DNA of 64,000 nucleotides from Crenothrix polyspora (GTDB lineage: Bacteria > Pseudomonadota > Gammaproteobacteria > Methylococcales > Methylomonadaceae): contig CAMDWT010000001.1 in NCBI GenBank assembly GCA_945877505.1, forward strand, positions 53,750-117,749, read 5' to 3'. Position 1 is the stretch's first letter; every line of letters begins with the position of its first letter. Shown one piece after another: positions 37,675-47,599 of this stretch. A program made the translations under genes and the position numbers. The notes under the pieces were generated by a model, which did no database searches, was not told where the DNA came from, and worked only from the letters and a program-made list of their open reading frames with translations.

Positions 37675-38229
37675 TTACCGTGAACTATTGTAATCAATGG
37701 CTTTAAAGGGATTTTTTCTATTGTGACGGGATTTTTTCCTTGAGGCCCATTTTTGTGCCGTATGAAATCGCCAAAAATAGTTAATTCCAAAGTAACCGAT
37801 TGCGGCGCAAGTCGAGCCAATTAATAAACAGCCGGTCAAGAACGGAAACAAAATTTCACCTGATAAAACAGTTGCCATCGAAAAAGTACTGGATGGAAGA
37901 TTTAGAACAGAAAGCCCAACTAGATACGCAAAATAAAATAATGGTGGCATTGTTAGCGGATTAGTTATCCAAACTAAGCCAACTGAAATCGGTAAGTTCC
38001 CTCTAAAATGAAAGGCTCCAATAGCGGCTATTGCCATTTGTCCCGGAGTCGGAATCCAAGCGCAAAAAAGCCCTACCGCGAAAGCCATCGCAACTGAACA
38101 TCGATTTAAATGCCAAAGATTAGGGTCGTGTAATTTATCACCAAGAAACTGAAGATTTTTGTGATGTTTAATAACGTTATGATCAGGTATAAACTTATGT
38201 AAGTATTTCTGTATGAATTTTTTGGCCAT
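37675..38229 (-). CDS. DUF2062 family membrane protein
   Basis: 184 aa. PNLWHLNRCSVAMAFAVGLFCAWIPTPGQMAIAA... ITNPLTMPPLFYFAY is the typical DUF2062 core. Conserved position between lolD and comEC. Confidence 0.8.
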   Translation of the reverse strand: MAKKFIQKYLHKFIPDHNVIKHHKNLQFLGDKLHDPNLWHLNRCSVAMAFAVGLFCAWIPTPGQMAIAAIGAFHFRGNLPISVGLVWITNPLTMPPLFYFAYLVGLSVLNLPSSTFSMATVLSGEILFPFLTGCLLIGSTCAAIGYFGINYFWRFHTAQKWASRKKSRHNRKNPFKAIDYNSSR

Positions 38230-38383
38230 CGTTTTTTAAGTTAAAGTTGTTTTAAACTAAGAAGTAAAAGCGCTAGGATTTAAGTCAATTCTTTTTTAAA
38301 AGCTCAGCCTCAAAGTCGTTTTAATAGCCGTACTTTAAGGTTAACAGATTTCTAAGCCGTTTCAAAAAACAACGAGGAGCTGA

Positions 38384-40645
38384 ATGATTTTTTCTGTCTT
38401 GTCATTTTTAGCTGGAATTCTGAGTGTTCAGCAGTTTTCTGAATTGCCAAGTGGATCATGGTTATTAATGATCACCATCGTTGCGATTATTATGGCATGG
38501 TTGAAGAATTGGCGGTGGTTGTTTTTTGTAATAGGAGTGCTTTGGACCGTCTTGTTTGCCATGTCCCGATTAGCAGAGCGATTGCCTGAGTCTTTGGAGG
38601 GGATTGATGTAGCTGTTACAGGGATTGTTTGCGATTTGCCACAGCAGGATGAAAGGCGCGTAAAGTTCGATTTTAGGGTGACAGAATCAGAAGTCCCATT
38701 ACCCTCTAAAATAAGATTAAGCTGGTACTTTCCTGATCAAGTTGTCAAAGCAGGTCAGCGCTGGTCATTGGTTGTTAAGTTAAAACGTCCCCATAGTAGT
38801 TTAAACCCTGGTGGGTTTGATTATGAAAGATGGCTGTTGACACAAGGTGTAGGTGCCGTTGGTTATGTCCGACCCCAGCCCAAAGCAATGCTATTGGGAC
38901 AGCGTTCCGCTTGGGTAAGTATTTCTGTTTGGCGACAAAATATATCAGATAAACTTTCTTTTTTATTAAATGATAGTTTTAGCCTTGGATTGATAAAGGC
39001 TCTGACTATAGGTGATGGCGCAAGTATTACCCAAAATCAATGGGATATTTTTCGTAAAACGGGAACAACACATCTAGTTGTTATTTCTGGATCTCATGTT
39101 AGTTTGATTGCCGGTTTGGCGTATTTTTTAACGCTTAAATGTTGGGCCAGAATAGGCTCTTTAAGAGTTTCGCCACAAATAATAGCGGCAAGTGTAGCCA
39201 TGGTAGTCGCTATTTTTTATGCGGCATTAGCGGGCTTTTCAGTACCAACACAACGCGCGGTGATTATGCTTATTGTCATCATGTTCGCTAGTATCCTCCA
39301 ACGTAATAACCGACCCTTAAATACCTTAGCCGTTGCACTTTTCGCTGTATTAGTATTTGATCCTTTATCCGTCTTAGCCGTTGGTTTTTGGTTGTCTTTT
39401 CTAGCAGTGATTATGATTGTGTATGTTATTGCTGGCCGATTGGGGAAAAGTAATTACTTACATGACGTCATAAAAATCAATTGGGCGACATCAGTCGGCT
39501 TATCGCCTTTATTGCTATTATTTTTTCAACAGGTATCTTTAATCTCCCCCGTGGCTAATTTTATAGCGGTTCCAGTTATTAGCCTATTGGCGGTGCCGTT
39601 GTCATTGCTAGGTGTTTTGGTGATGTTTTTTGCACCATTCTTAGCTGTTAAATTATGGAGTGTGGTTGATTTCGTTTTGCAAGGTTTGTGGTGGGTGTTA
39701 GTGCGTTTGGCAGAATTGCCTGCATCTACCATAACCCATAATCAACCGTCAGTATGGGCGTTGATTTTTGTTATACCAGGTGTTTTATTATTACTCTCAC
39801 CTCGTGGCGTTCCAGCACGATGGCTGAGTTTAGTGATGTTTTTGCCCTTGGTATTTACTGAACAAAAAAAACCGGAAATAGGTACTATTCATTTAACACT
39901 GCTTGACGTCGGACAAGCTTTGTCAGTGGTTGTACAAACTCAAAACCATTGGTTAGTTTATGATGCGGGTGCAAAATTTTCTGATGAAAGTGATATAGGT
40001 AAAAGCGTGTTATTGCCTTTTTTACGTCAGCAAGGCGCAGAAAAAATTGATAAATTAATTATTAGTCATGGCGATAATGATCACATCGGCGGTGCGCCTT
40101 CGCTAATACGAGGTATTTTAGTAGAACAAGTGCTAACGACTGCAATTGAACAGTTGAAAGACTATTCGCCTGAGAATTGTAAGGCAGGCCAATCTTGGTT
40201 GTGGGATAACGTTAAGTTTACCTTGCTGGCGCCTCAGCAGAGGTTTGTTTCAGAAAACGATAATGCCTGTGTTTTAAAAATTGAAACGCCACAGGGTGAT
40301 GTTTTATTAAGCAGTGATATAGAAGCGTCGGCGGAAGCTTGGCTAGTTGAGACGTATGGTCGTAGTTTAAAAGCCAAAGTATTAATTGCCCCGCATCATG
40401 GCAGTAAAACCTCATCTACTGTTGAATTTATTAATGCGATACAACCAGAATATGTTTTAATTTCTGCCGGTTATCGTAATCAATTTGGACATCCTCATCC
40501 CGATGTTTTAGCAAGGTATGAGCACATTAAAGCCACAGTATTAAATACGGCTGATCAGGGCGCTATTACACTAAATATGCAAGATGGAAAATGGAGGGTG
40601 CAGGGATTTCGAGATACCGACAGCAAATATTGGAATAATAAATAA
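38384..40645 (+). CDS. comEC: DNA internalization-related competence protein ComEC/Rec2
   Basis: 753 aa. Polytopic competence domain (TGTTHLVVISGSHV) plus a C-terminal metallo-beta-lactamase domain (ISHGDNDHIGG, APHHGS). GAGGAG RBS upstream. Confidence 0.92.
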   Translation: MIFSVLSFLAGILSVQQFSELPSGSWLLMITIVAIIMAWLKNWRWLFFVIGVLWTVLFAMSRLAERLPESLEGIDVAVTGIVCDLPQQDERRVKFDFRVTESEVPLPSKIRLSWYFPDQVVKAGQRWSLVVKLKRPHSSLNPGGFDYERWLLTQGVGAVGYVRPQPKAMLLGQRSAWVSISVWRQNISDKLSFLLNDSFSLGLIKALTIGDGASITQNQWDIFRKTGTTHLVVISGSHVSLIAGLAYFLTLKCWARIGSLRVSPQIIAASVAMVVAIFYAALAGFSVPTQRAVIMLIVIMFASILQRNNRPLNTLAVALFAVLVFDPLSVLAVGFWLSFLAVIMIVYVIAGRLGKSNYLHDVIKINWATSVGLSPLLLLFFQQVSLISPVANFIAVPVISLLAVPLSLLGVLVMFFAPFLAVKLWSVVDFVLQGLWWVLVRLAELPASTITHNQPSVWALIFVIPGVLLLLSPRGVPARWLSLVMFLPLVFTEQKKPEIGTIHLTLLDVGQALSVVVQTQNHWLVYDAGAKFSDESDIGKSVLLPFLRQQGAEKIDKLIISHGDNDHIGGAPSLIRGILVEQVLTTAIEQLKDYSPENCKAGQSWLWDNVKFTLLAPQQRFVSENDNACVLKIETPQGDVLLSSDIEASAEAWLVETYGRSLKAKVLIAPHHGSKTSSTVEFINAIQPEYVLISAGYRNQFGHPHPDVLARYEHIKATVLNTADQGAITLNMQDGKWRVQGFRDTDSKYWNNK

Positions 40646-40689
40646 AGCGTTAAATTGTTTTTTAATTTTAAAAGTGAGTAGGGATAAAA

Positions 40690-41394
40690 ATGGCACAGTT
40701 TACAGTCACGGGTGAGATTGATCCTTTTTTACATGTCAGTCTGTTACAAGGTGAAAAAATTTATTGCGAATCTAATGCAATGGTCATGATGGAAGGTGCG
40801 TTAGAGCTAAAAGGTAAAATGACAGGTGGTTTAGGGAGTGCTTTAATGCGCCGTTTTGCTAATGGCGAGTCTTTTTTTCAGCAACATATTGAAGCTATTC
40901 GCGGCGGTGGCGATTGCTTACTGTCACCAACTTTACCGGGAGCCATTCAAGTTTTAGACGTAGGGGCGATTAGTTACAGAATAACCGATGGCGCTTTTGT
41001 TGCCGCAGAAAGTGGTGTTAACTTAAATGTGCGCACTCAAAGTATTGGTACCGCGATGTTTGGTCAAACGGGTGGTTTTTTTATCTGTGAAGCATCCGGT
41101 GTTGGTAAGTTAGCGGTGTCGGGATTTGGCTCTAGTTTTGTTTTGGATGTTGAGCCAGGTAAAGAGGTGATTATCGATAATGCGCATGTGGTTGCTTGGG
41201 ATAGTGCATTACATCATGAGATTTCAGTTGCCACGCAGCAATCCAGCGGAATTTTAGGTCAGTTGGTCAATAGTGTGACCAGCGGCGAAGGCATGGTCTT
41301 AAAGTTTTCCGGTAAAGGTAAGGTTATCATCTGCTCGCGTAACCGTGAAAATTTCATCTCGTGGTTGATGAAGGGTGCGCCAGTTAATGCTTAA
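40690..41394 (+). CDS. AIM24/TIGR00266 (DUF124) family protein
   Basis: 234 aa. GEKIYCESNAMVMMEG, GGFFICEASGVGKLAVSGFG, IIDNAHVVAWD, GEGMVLKFSGKGKVII are characteristic of the family. Confidence 0.8.
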   Translation: MAQFTVTGEIDPFLHVSLLQGEKIYCESNAMVMMEGALELKGKMTGGLGSALMRRFANGESFFQQHIEAIRGGGDCLLSPTLPGAIQVLDVGAISYRITDGAFVAAESGVNLNVRTQSIGTAMFGQTGGFFICEASGVGKLAVSGFGSSFVLDVEPGKEVIIDNAHVVAWDSALHHEISVATQQSSGILGQLVNSVTSGEGMVLKFSGKGKVIICSRNRENFISWLMKGAPVNA

Positions 41395-41440
41395 AAGTGA
41401 TAATAAAATTAAAGGTGCAAAAAGAAATTAACGGCAGAAC

Positions 41441-41480
41441 AGTTATGGCCATCAATGATTAAGACCATAACTGCTTTTAT
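41441..41480 (+). terminator. hairpin in the convergent AIM24/argH gap
   Basis: CAGTTATGG (41441-41449) / CCATAACTG (41466-41474) followed by CTTTTA. Confidence 0.4.
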
Positions 41481-41485
41481 AAAAT

Positions 41486-42886
41486 TTAAGACGATAAAGC
41501 CAACAAGCCTAAGCGTGCAGTTTGAATAGCCTTTCTGACAGTATCAGGTGCGGTGCCACCAATATGTTTACGAGCGGCAACTGAGCCTTCTAAGGTTAAA
41601 TAACTAAAGACATCTTCAGTAATCAATGCTGAAAATTGTTGTAGTTCTGCTAGCGTTATTTCCGATAAATCACGTTGGCTGTCAACACCTAAGCGCACAG
41701 CTAGACCCACTGCTTCATGAGCATCCCGAAAAGCCATGCCTTTGCGAACCAGATAATCGGCTAGGTCAGTTGCGGTGGCAAAGCCACGTTTTGCTGAGTT
41801 GTACATATTGGCTTTTTTGGCGCTGAGGTGGGGAACCATATCTGCATAAGCGCGTAAGCAATTAATTAAAGTGTCGGCGGTATCAAATAAGGGCTCTTTA
41901 TCTTCTTGATTGTCTTTGTTATAAGCTAAAGGCTGACTTTTCATCAGCATCAATAGGGACATTAAATGACCGGTGACGCGGCCGGATTTTCCACGAACTA
42001 ACTCCGGAACATCAGGATTTTTCTTTTGAGGCATAATTGAAGAGCCGGTGCAAAAGGCATCAGGCATTTCAATAAAATCAAATTGAGCGCTAGACCATAA
42101 GATGAGTTCTTCAGAAAAGCGTGATAAGTGCATCATGATGATGCTGCCCACTGCGGTGAATTCGATGGCAAAATCTCGGTCACTGACGGAATCCAGTGAG
42201 TTCGCGGAAGGTCGAGTAAAACCAAGCAAATCAGCAGTCATATGTCGATCAATTGGGTAGCTGGTGCCTGCTAAGGCGGCAGCTCCCAGTGGCATAATAT
42301 TGATGCGTTTAGAGCAATCTTGCAGTCTTTCGCTATCACGCACTAACATTTCAAACCAAGCCATTAAATGATGTCCAAAGGTAATGGGTTGGGCGACTTG
42401 TAAATGGGTAAAGCCAGGCATAATAGTGTCGGCATGTTGCTCTGCCAAATCCAAAATAGCATTTTGCAAGCGGGTCAGTTGTGCGCTTATCTGCTCAACT
42501 TCACTGCGCAAATACAGCCTGATATCGGTTGCAACTTGATCATTTCGAGAGCGGCCGGTATGCAGTTTTTTGCCAGCGATCCCTATTAAATCGGTCAATC
42601 TTGCTTCGATGTTCATGTGAACATCTTCTTGTTTAATAGACCAAACAAAATCACCGTTACTAATTTCATCGCCGATCTGATGGAGTCCACTAATAATGGC
42701 ATCGCGCTCATCTTCAGTTAGAATTCCACAGTGCGTTAACATGGTCGCATGCGCTATTGAGCCTTGAATGTCTTGATGAGCCATGCGTTTATCGAAGTCG
42801 ACTGAAGCGGTAAAGACTTCAACAAAAGCATCCGTTGCTTGAGCAAAGCGGGCGCTGGAAAGTTTTTCGGAGTTAACTGTGGTCAT
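41486..42886 (-). CDS. argH: argininosuccinate lyase
   Basis: Highly similar to Pseudomonas-type ArgH ([29 protein letters not shown]). Start trimmed to ATG 42886 (MTTVNSEKL...). The ORF-track start 42922 is a TTG extension. Confidence 0.95.
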   Translation of the reverse strand: MTTVNSEKLSSARFAQATDAFVEVFTASVDFDKRMAHQDIQGSIAHATMLTHCGILTEDERDAIISGLHQIGDEISNGDFVWSIKQEDVHMNIEARLTDLIGIAGKKLHTGRSRNDQVATDIRLYLRSEVEQISAQLTRLQNAILDLAEQHADTIMPGFTHLQVAQPITFGHHLMAWFEMLVRDSERLQDCSKRINIMPLGAAALAGTSYPIDRHMTADLLGFTRPSANSLDSVSDRDFAIEFTAVGSIIMMHLSRFSEELILWSSAQFDFIEMPDAFCTGSSIMPQKKNPDVPELVRGKSGRVTGHLMSLLMLMKSQPLAYNKDNQEDKEPLFDTADTLINCLRAYADMVPHLSAKKANMYNSAKRGFATATDLADYLVRKGMAFRDAHEAVGLAVRLGVDSQRDLSEITLAELQQFSALITEDVFSYLTLEGSVAARKHIGGTAPDTVRKAIQTARLGLLALSS

Positions 42887-43301
42887 GATGAATTTTTTAT
42901 GGATATTTGCTAAAGATACCAAATTATACAGTTAAATGTCTTTTAATGAGTCTAAAAGAGCAGCTGCTATTCGATGGTTTTTTGAGCGCTATAAAATAGT
43001 CTTTAAGCTGAGTTTGTAAATGTGGCTAGAGATTAAATTAGTGAGTCATAGAGTAAATTGTGCACATGCACCTATTACAATGTTGGGCTAGGTTATAAAT
43101 CTTAGGGCTTTTTAGGGCGGGGATTAGTATTTTTCTAGCTTGAGTGGGCTTGATACTTAGGTCATTTATTATAAAAAATGGAATGAACACGCAGTAAGTT
43201 ACAAATCTTAATCCTGTCCTGACATTGTAGCGGTTATAATATGTGGTTATTAAGGCCGTTTATAAAAAGATACATTTCATTTACATCCAAGCAATTTATC
43301 C

Positions 43302-43814
43302 ATGAGTTTATTAATCAAATATCTTTCTCTTTGTTGGTTTAAGAATAATCCTATTGAACTGTTTCCCTCTAAATCTTTTATGTGGAAAGCGGTCATTTTT
43401 TATCTTATTTCTGGGATTATCGTTGAAAGCTTAATAGCAGATCCCGCTGATGGCACCATTGAAGTTTCATTGCGAACCATTATGGCTTTTTCATCGATTG
43501 CTACTTATTTGTTTATTTTCAAAAAATGGCAATATTTTAATCAAATGTTTATAGCTATTTTTATCTGTGAAAATTTTATTATGACCTTGGCGACTATTAC
43601 CGAGGGCTTGTATTTTTACCTCGTAATGACTCATCATGAGCGCGCAGAAGAAATATCAATTGCTATTGCTGTTGTTTTGGTTGGCTGGTATATAGCGATC
43701 GTTAGTTACATTTTACGGCAGGCTTTTGAAACAAAAATGAGTGTGAGTGTGACGTTGGCCTTTAGTTATTTTATTTTAACCTATGGTCTGCCGATGCTAT
43801 TTATGGATATTTAA
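43302..43814 (+). CDS. hypothetical polytopic membrane protein (170 aa)
   Basis: About five hydrophobic segments. No recognised family. Preceded by a roughly 415-bp non-coding gap. Confidence 0.55.
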   Translation: MSLLIKYLSLCWFKNNPIELFPSKSFMWKAVIFYLISGIIVESLIADPADGTIEVSLRTIMAFSSIATYLFIFKKWQYFNQMFIAIFICENFIMTLATITEGLYFYLVMTHHERAEEISIAIAVVLVGWYIAIVSYILRQAFETKMSVSVTLAFSYFILTYGLPMLFMDI

Positions 43815-43910
43815 AGGCCTTGATACGAGATAAGACCCTATGGGTCGATACAGGGCTAAATAGGATTAGTTGATGGAATGTGAAACATTTTTTAATGAGG
43901 CAAAAAAGAT

Positions 43911-44507
43911 ATGAGCATGCAACATAAACCCGCTACAACCTGTGTAAAAATTAACGCGCTTATTGAAGAGCGCTGGAGTCCTAGGGCCTTTGATGCTAAT
44001 CAGTTAGTAAAGTACGACGATGTGTTGGCCTTGCTGGAGGCGGCTCGATGGGCACCTTCTTGTTTTAATGATCAACCTTGGCGCTTTATTGTCTGCGACA
44101 AAGCCATTGATGAGTCTAGTTGGCAGGCAGCGCAGGAAGTGCTCGTTGAAAAAAATCGTCAATGGGCCAAGAATGCGCCGATATTAATACTCGCGGTAGC
44201 GATGGAAAATTTTAATCATAATGGCCAGTCTAATCGTTGGGCGATGTATGACACGGGTGCGGCTAGTGCGGCAATGTGTTTGCAGGCTACAGCATTGGGC
44301 TTGATTGTTCATCAAATGGGTGGTTTTGATGAAGCAAAAGCACGAGCGGTTTTTAATCTTCCTATTGATTGCAAACCTATGACGATGATCGCAGTGGGGT
44401 ATCAGGCCGATGCTGATGTATTAGCTGAGGATCTTAAAGCTATAGAGTTGGCTGACCGCACACGGAAAGCAATCAATGAAAGGTTTTATTTTGGTAAATG
44501 GGGTTGA
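43911..44507 (+). CDS. nitroreductase family protein
   Basis: 198 aa. RWSPRAFD, LLEAARWAPSCFNDQPWRF, YDTGAA motifs of the FMN nitroreductase fold. Confidence 0.85.
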   Translation: MSMQHKPATTCVKINALIEERWSPRAFDANQLVKYDDVLALLEAARWAPSCFNDQPWRFIVCDKAIDESSWQAAQEVLVEKNRQWAKNAPILILAVAMENFNHNGQSNRWAMYDTGAASAAMCLQATALGLIVHQMGGFDEAKARAVFNLPIDCKPMTMIAVGYQADADVLAEDLKAIELADRTRKAINERFYFGKWG

Positions 44508-44542
44508 TTTTTTTTAAGCGGCTTGTTGATGTTTAAAAAAAC

Positions 44543-45886
44543 ATGAGTCTGCGTTATCAAATCAATCTACGAATATTTTTTTCGTCATTCTGTGTGTTGC
44601 TGCTAGGTGGTTCGATCTCTATTTGGCATGCGCGTAACGCGGTCGAAAAAGAGGTTCACTCATCAATCGATTTAGCGGTGCAACTGATAACCTTTGACCT
44701 TTCAAAAGTCGCCAAAACACCCTTTAATGAGACGGATTGGTTGCTTCAGTTTAACGCGCTTGATCAGACTAGGCATTTAAGTCTTAAATTGGTCCTAGCT
44801 TCAGGTGAAATAATTAAAGGAGCCAGTAATCTCCGCTCTAATCTTCAAGATAAACCACCACAATGGTTTGTCAATTTAGTTAAAAGCCCGCATCCAAAAG
44901 CTGAGTATCAGATTACAAGTTTCGAAGGAAAAAAACTGACGTTAATTGTGGAGTCTAATTCCATAGATGAAATAACGGAAGCTTGGCAGGAAAGCATGGT
45001 TTTTTTTACGGCCATTTTTCTATTAACACTGTTTACTTTTTTAGCGGTTAATTTAGCCTTTAACAAAGCGATTAAGTCGATTGCCATTATTGTTGAGGCG
45101 TTAAAAATTATCGAAAGAGGTCAGTATCAGAAAAAATTACCTGATTTTTCTATTCAGGAATATGACAGTATTGCAAAAGCCATTAATCACTTGGCCAGTG
45201 AATTAAATACCAGTCAGCAAGAGAATCGTGCTTTAACTCAGCATTCTTTGGAAATACAAGAAGATGAACGCGCGCGACTTTCGCAGGAATTACATGATGA
45301 GTTGGGGCAGTCGCTAACGGCTATTAAAGTAATGGCCGTGGCGGCTGAACGTTCGCAAGCGGCTAATATTGTAGCCAGTCAGCCTATTAAAAAAAGCACC
45401 GATGCAATCATTAGTGTCTGTGACCATTTAATGAAAGTGGTGCGATCTATGATGCATCAGTTACATCCTTTGGTATTAACTGAATTGGGTTTGAAGGCTA
45501 CATTAGAAGATTTGTTAACTAACTGGGCAATGCGGGATCCAGAGTTGAAAATCTCCCTAAATTTCCAAGAGGAAGTGGATACGTTGGACCATAAAATAAT
45601 TATTCAGGTGTTTAGAGTTATTCAGGAATGTTTAACTAATATTGTTCGTCATGCACAGGCAAAGCAGGCCAGTATTTGTTTGGAAATTGTCCAATCGCCC
45701 GCCATGGAAAGTGTACTGTTTTTAAGTGTAATGGATGATGGGCAAGGGTGTTCGATTGAGAAGATTAAAACAGGTTTTGGTTTGTTGGGTATGCGGGAAA
45801 GAATAAATAGTTTGGCTGGGGAAATGACCATTAAGACTGCGCCAAATGAAGGGATGGTTATCATCGCAACTATCCCCCTAAAATGA
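44543..45886 (+). CDS. sensor histidine kinase, NarX/UhpB-like (HisKA_3)
   Basis: 447 aa. Two TM segments flank a roughly 130-aa periplasmic region. HAMP-like linker, H-box ELHDELGQSLTAIK, HATPase_c (NIVRHA..., DDGQG, GFGLLGMRER). ATGA overlap with the response regulator gene. Confidence 0.88.
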   Translation: MSLRYQINLRIFFSSFCVLLLGGSISIWHARNAVEKEVHSSIDLAVQLITFDLSKVAKTPFNETDWLLQFNALDQTRHLSLKLVLASGEIIKGASNLRSNLQDKPPQWFVNLVKSPHPKAEYQITSFEGKKLTLIVESNSIDEITEAWQESMVFFTAIFLLTLFTFLAVNLAFNKAIKSIAIIVEALKIIERGQYQKKLPDFSIQEYDSIAKAINHLASELNTSQQENRALTQHSLEIQEDERARLSQELHDELGQSLTAIKVMAVAAERSQAANIVASQPIKKSTDAIISVCDHLMKVVRSMMHQLHPLVLTELGLKATLEDLLTNWAMRDPELKISLNFQEEVDTLDHKIIIQVFRVIQECLTNIVRHAQAKQASICLEIVQSPAMESVLFLSVMDDGQGCSIEKIKTGFGLLGMRERINSLAGEMTIKTAPNEGMVIIATIPLK

Positions 45887-46542
45887 TAGCGCCTATTAAA
45901 GTTATATTAGTCGATGATCATGCTATTGTCCGCGCCGGTTTTCGTATGTTATTGGCGACTGATGACGCTATCGAAGTGATCGGTGAAGCGGAACGCGGCG
46001 AATCGGCTTGCCAGTTATATTTTGAAACGTCAGCTGACCTGATGGTATTGGATTTGTCGATGCCCGGCATTGGTGGCTTAGAAACAATCAGACGTATTTG
46101 CAATCGTGATAGCAAGGCCAAAATCTTGGTGTTTAGTGTGCATGATGAAAAGGTTTATATCGATAGAGCCATGAGCGCAGGCGCGAAAGGTTATATTACT
46201 AAGCATGCCCATCCCGAAGTTTTGATTGCGGCTATAAAGAAAATAGCTGGAGGCGAGGTTTATATTGAACCAGGATTGTTTAAGGAGGAGGCGTTATTTA
46301 GTGATAAATTTGAAACAAGTAATGAAGATTACAAAGTTATTATTGACGCTTTTTCACCACGTGAGTTTGATGTCTTTTTGTTACTTGCTAAAGGTTTAAC
46401 GTCTCATAAAATAGCGGATGAGTTATGTTTGGGTTACAAAACTATCGCCAATTATGGGACACAAATCAGGAATAAACTTAAAGTATCCTCAGTTGCAGAA
46501 TTGGCGCACATTGCGCTGGTGCTGGGTGTGATGAAAAACTAG
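45883..46542 (+). CDS. NarL/FixJ-family response regulator (LuxR-type HTH)
   Basis: 219 aa. Receiver domain (VILVDDH, LMVLDLSMPG, KILVFSVH) and a C-terminal LuxR HTH (LSPREFDVFLLLAKGLTSHKIADEL). Confidence 0.9.
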   Translation: MIAPIKVILVDDHAIVRAGFRMLLATDDAIEVIGEAERGESACQLYFETSADLMVLDLSMPGIGGLETIRRICNRDSKAKILVFSVHDEKVYIDRAMSAGAKGYITKHAHPEVLIAAIKKIAGGEVYIEPGLFKEEALFSDKFETSNEDYKVIIDAFSPREFDVFLLLAKGLTSHKIADELCLGYKTIANYGTQIRNKLKVSSVAELAHIALVLGVMKN

Positions 46543-46556
46543 GGCGAGGGTGTTTT

Positions 46557-46595
46557 CCACGAAGAGTTGGAAGAAAAACGTCTAATCCTTCGTGG
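46557..46595. repeat. inverted repeat in the convergent response-regulator/ctaA gap
   Basis: CCACGAAG (46557-46564) / CTTCGTGG (46588-46595), 8-bp stem with a 23-nt loop. The arm core CCACGAA and an ACGT-N8-TTCGTGG 3' arm context are shared with the element at 26849-26937. Confidence 0.3.
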
Positions 46596-46627
46596 GTTAA
46601 TTTTAAATCAATAGCCAATATTTCAAT

Positions 46628-47599
46628 TTAAGCCGATTTTTTTGCTGCATAACTGAGGCAGCAATAAAGAAAAAATTGTGCTCCAAAAATCAAGTTAGCC
46701 ATTAAGAGGTGTATCGGTTGTACAAAGGCCGGTACAGCCAGTCTGTCAAGACTCATGCCTGCTAGGATTGCGGTGATGACAAGGAGAATCAGTGTTAATC
46801 CTGTGCGATAAAATAAGGTTTGTTTACCAATGTTTTTATAAATTCGCCAAACTAACCAGGCATTGGTAAAAAGAATAAGGGATGAAAATGATCGGTGTAT
46901 ATAAAAAATAACAGGAAAATCTTCGCGCCAGTATTGGCGATCAATGTGAGTCTGTGAAAGGAAATCAACGGCTTCTCTAACTTGGGTTCCCATGCCTATT
47001 TGTAATAAAGTCATGACCATCGCGGCGATTAAAACGGCCTTAAATTTAGAGGGTAATAGCCCTGTGTTTATTTGACTGAGAAAGTCACGTTGTGAGCGGG
47101 CAATGGTATAAATCAGTAAGGCAACTATCACTAATGCTAGTAGCATATGAATCGTTATCATTAGAGGCTTAAGATTGCTAGCGACTACGTTAGCGCCTAA
47201 CCAGCCTTGAAAACTAACCAGAAAAAAACTACTGAGCGACAAATAAAAAATAGTTTTATCGGTTTTAAGATAGACGCGCGAGGACCAGGCTGTCAGGAAA
47301 ATTAAAAAACCGATGCTCACGCCGACTAAACGATTGGAGTATTCAGTCCACGTTTTAACGCGATTAAATTGAGTGTTCTCATAGCCACGTTGGGCATAAA
47401 TCTCATGATAATTGGCGGGCAATTGCGCTTCTTCAGTAGGTGGTATCCATTGTCCAAAACAGGTTGGCCAATCAGGACAGCCCATGCCGGCTCCTGAGGC
47501 TCTAACAATGCCGCCCATCAGTATAACGATATAAACAGCAAAGATAGTTAAAATGCCGATGCGGCGAAATTTTAAAACAGCTTGAGGATTTATCATCAT
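46628..47599 (-). CDS. ctaA: heme A synthase (COX15/CtaA family)
   Basis: 323 aa, about 8 TM. GGIVRASGAGMGCPDWPTCFGQWIPP and conserved His residues in the TM helices. The start overlaps the ygfZ stop (ATGA). Confidence 0.88.
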   Translation of the reverse strand: MMINPQAVLKFRRIGILTIFAVYIVILMGGIVRASGAGMGCPDWPTCFGQWIPPTEEAQLPANYHEIYAQRGYENTQFNRVKTWTEYSNRLVGVSIGFLIFLTAWSSRVYLKTDKTIFYLSLSSFFLVSFQGWLGANVVASNLKPLMITIHMLLALVIVALLIYTIARSQRDFLSQINTGLLPSKFKAVLIAAMVMTLLQIGMGTQVREAVDFLSQTHIDRQYWREDFPVIFYIHRSFSSLILFTNAWLVWRIYKNIGKQTLFYRTGLTLILLVITAILAGMSLDRLAVPAFVQPIHLLMANLIFGAQFFLYCCLSYAAKKSA

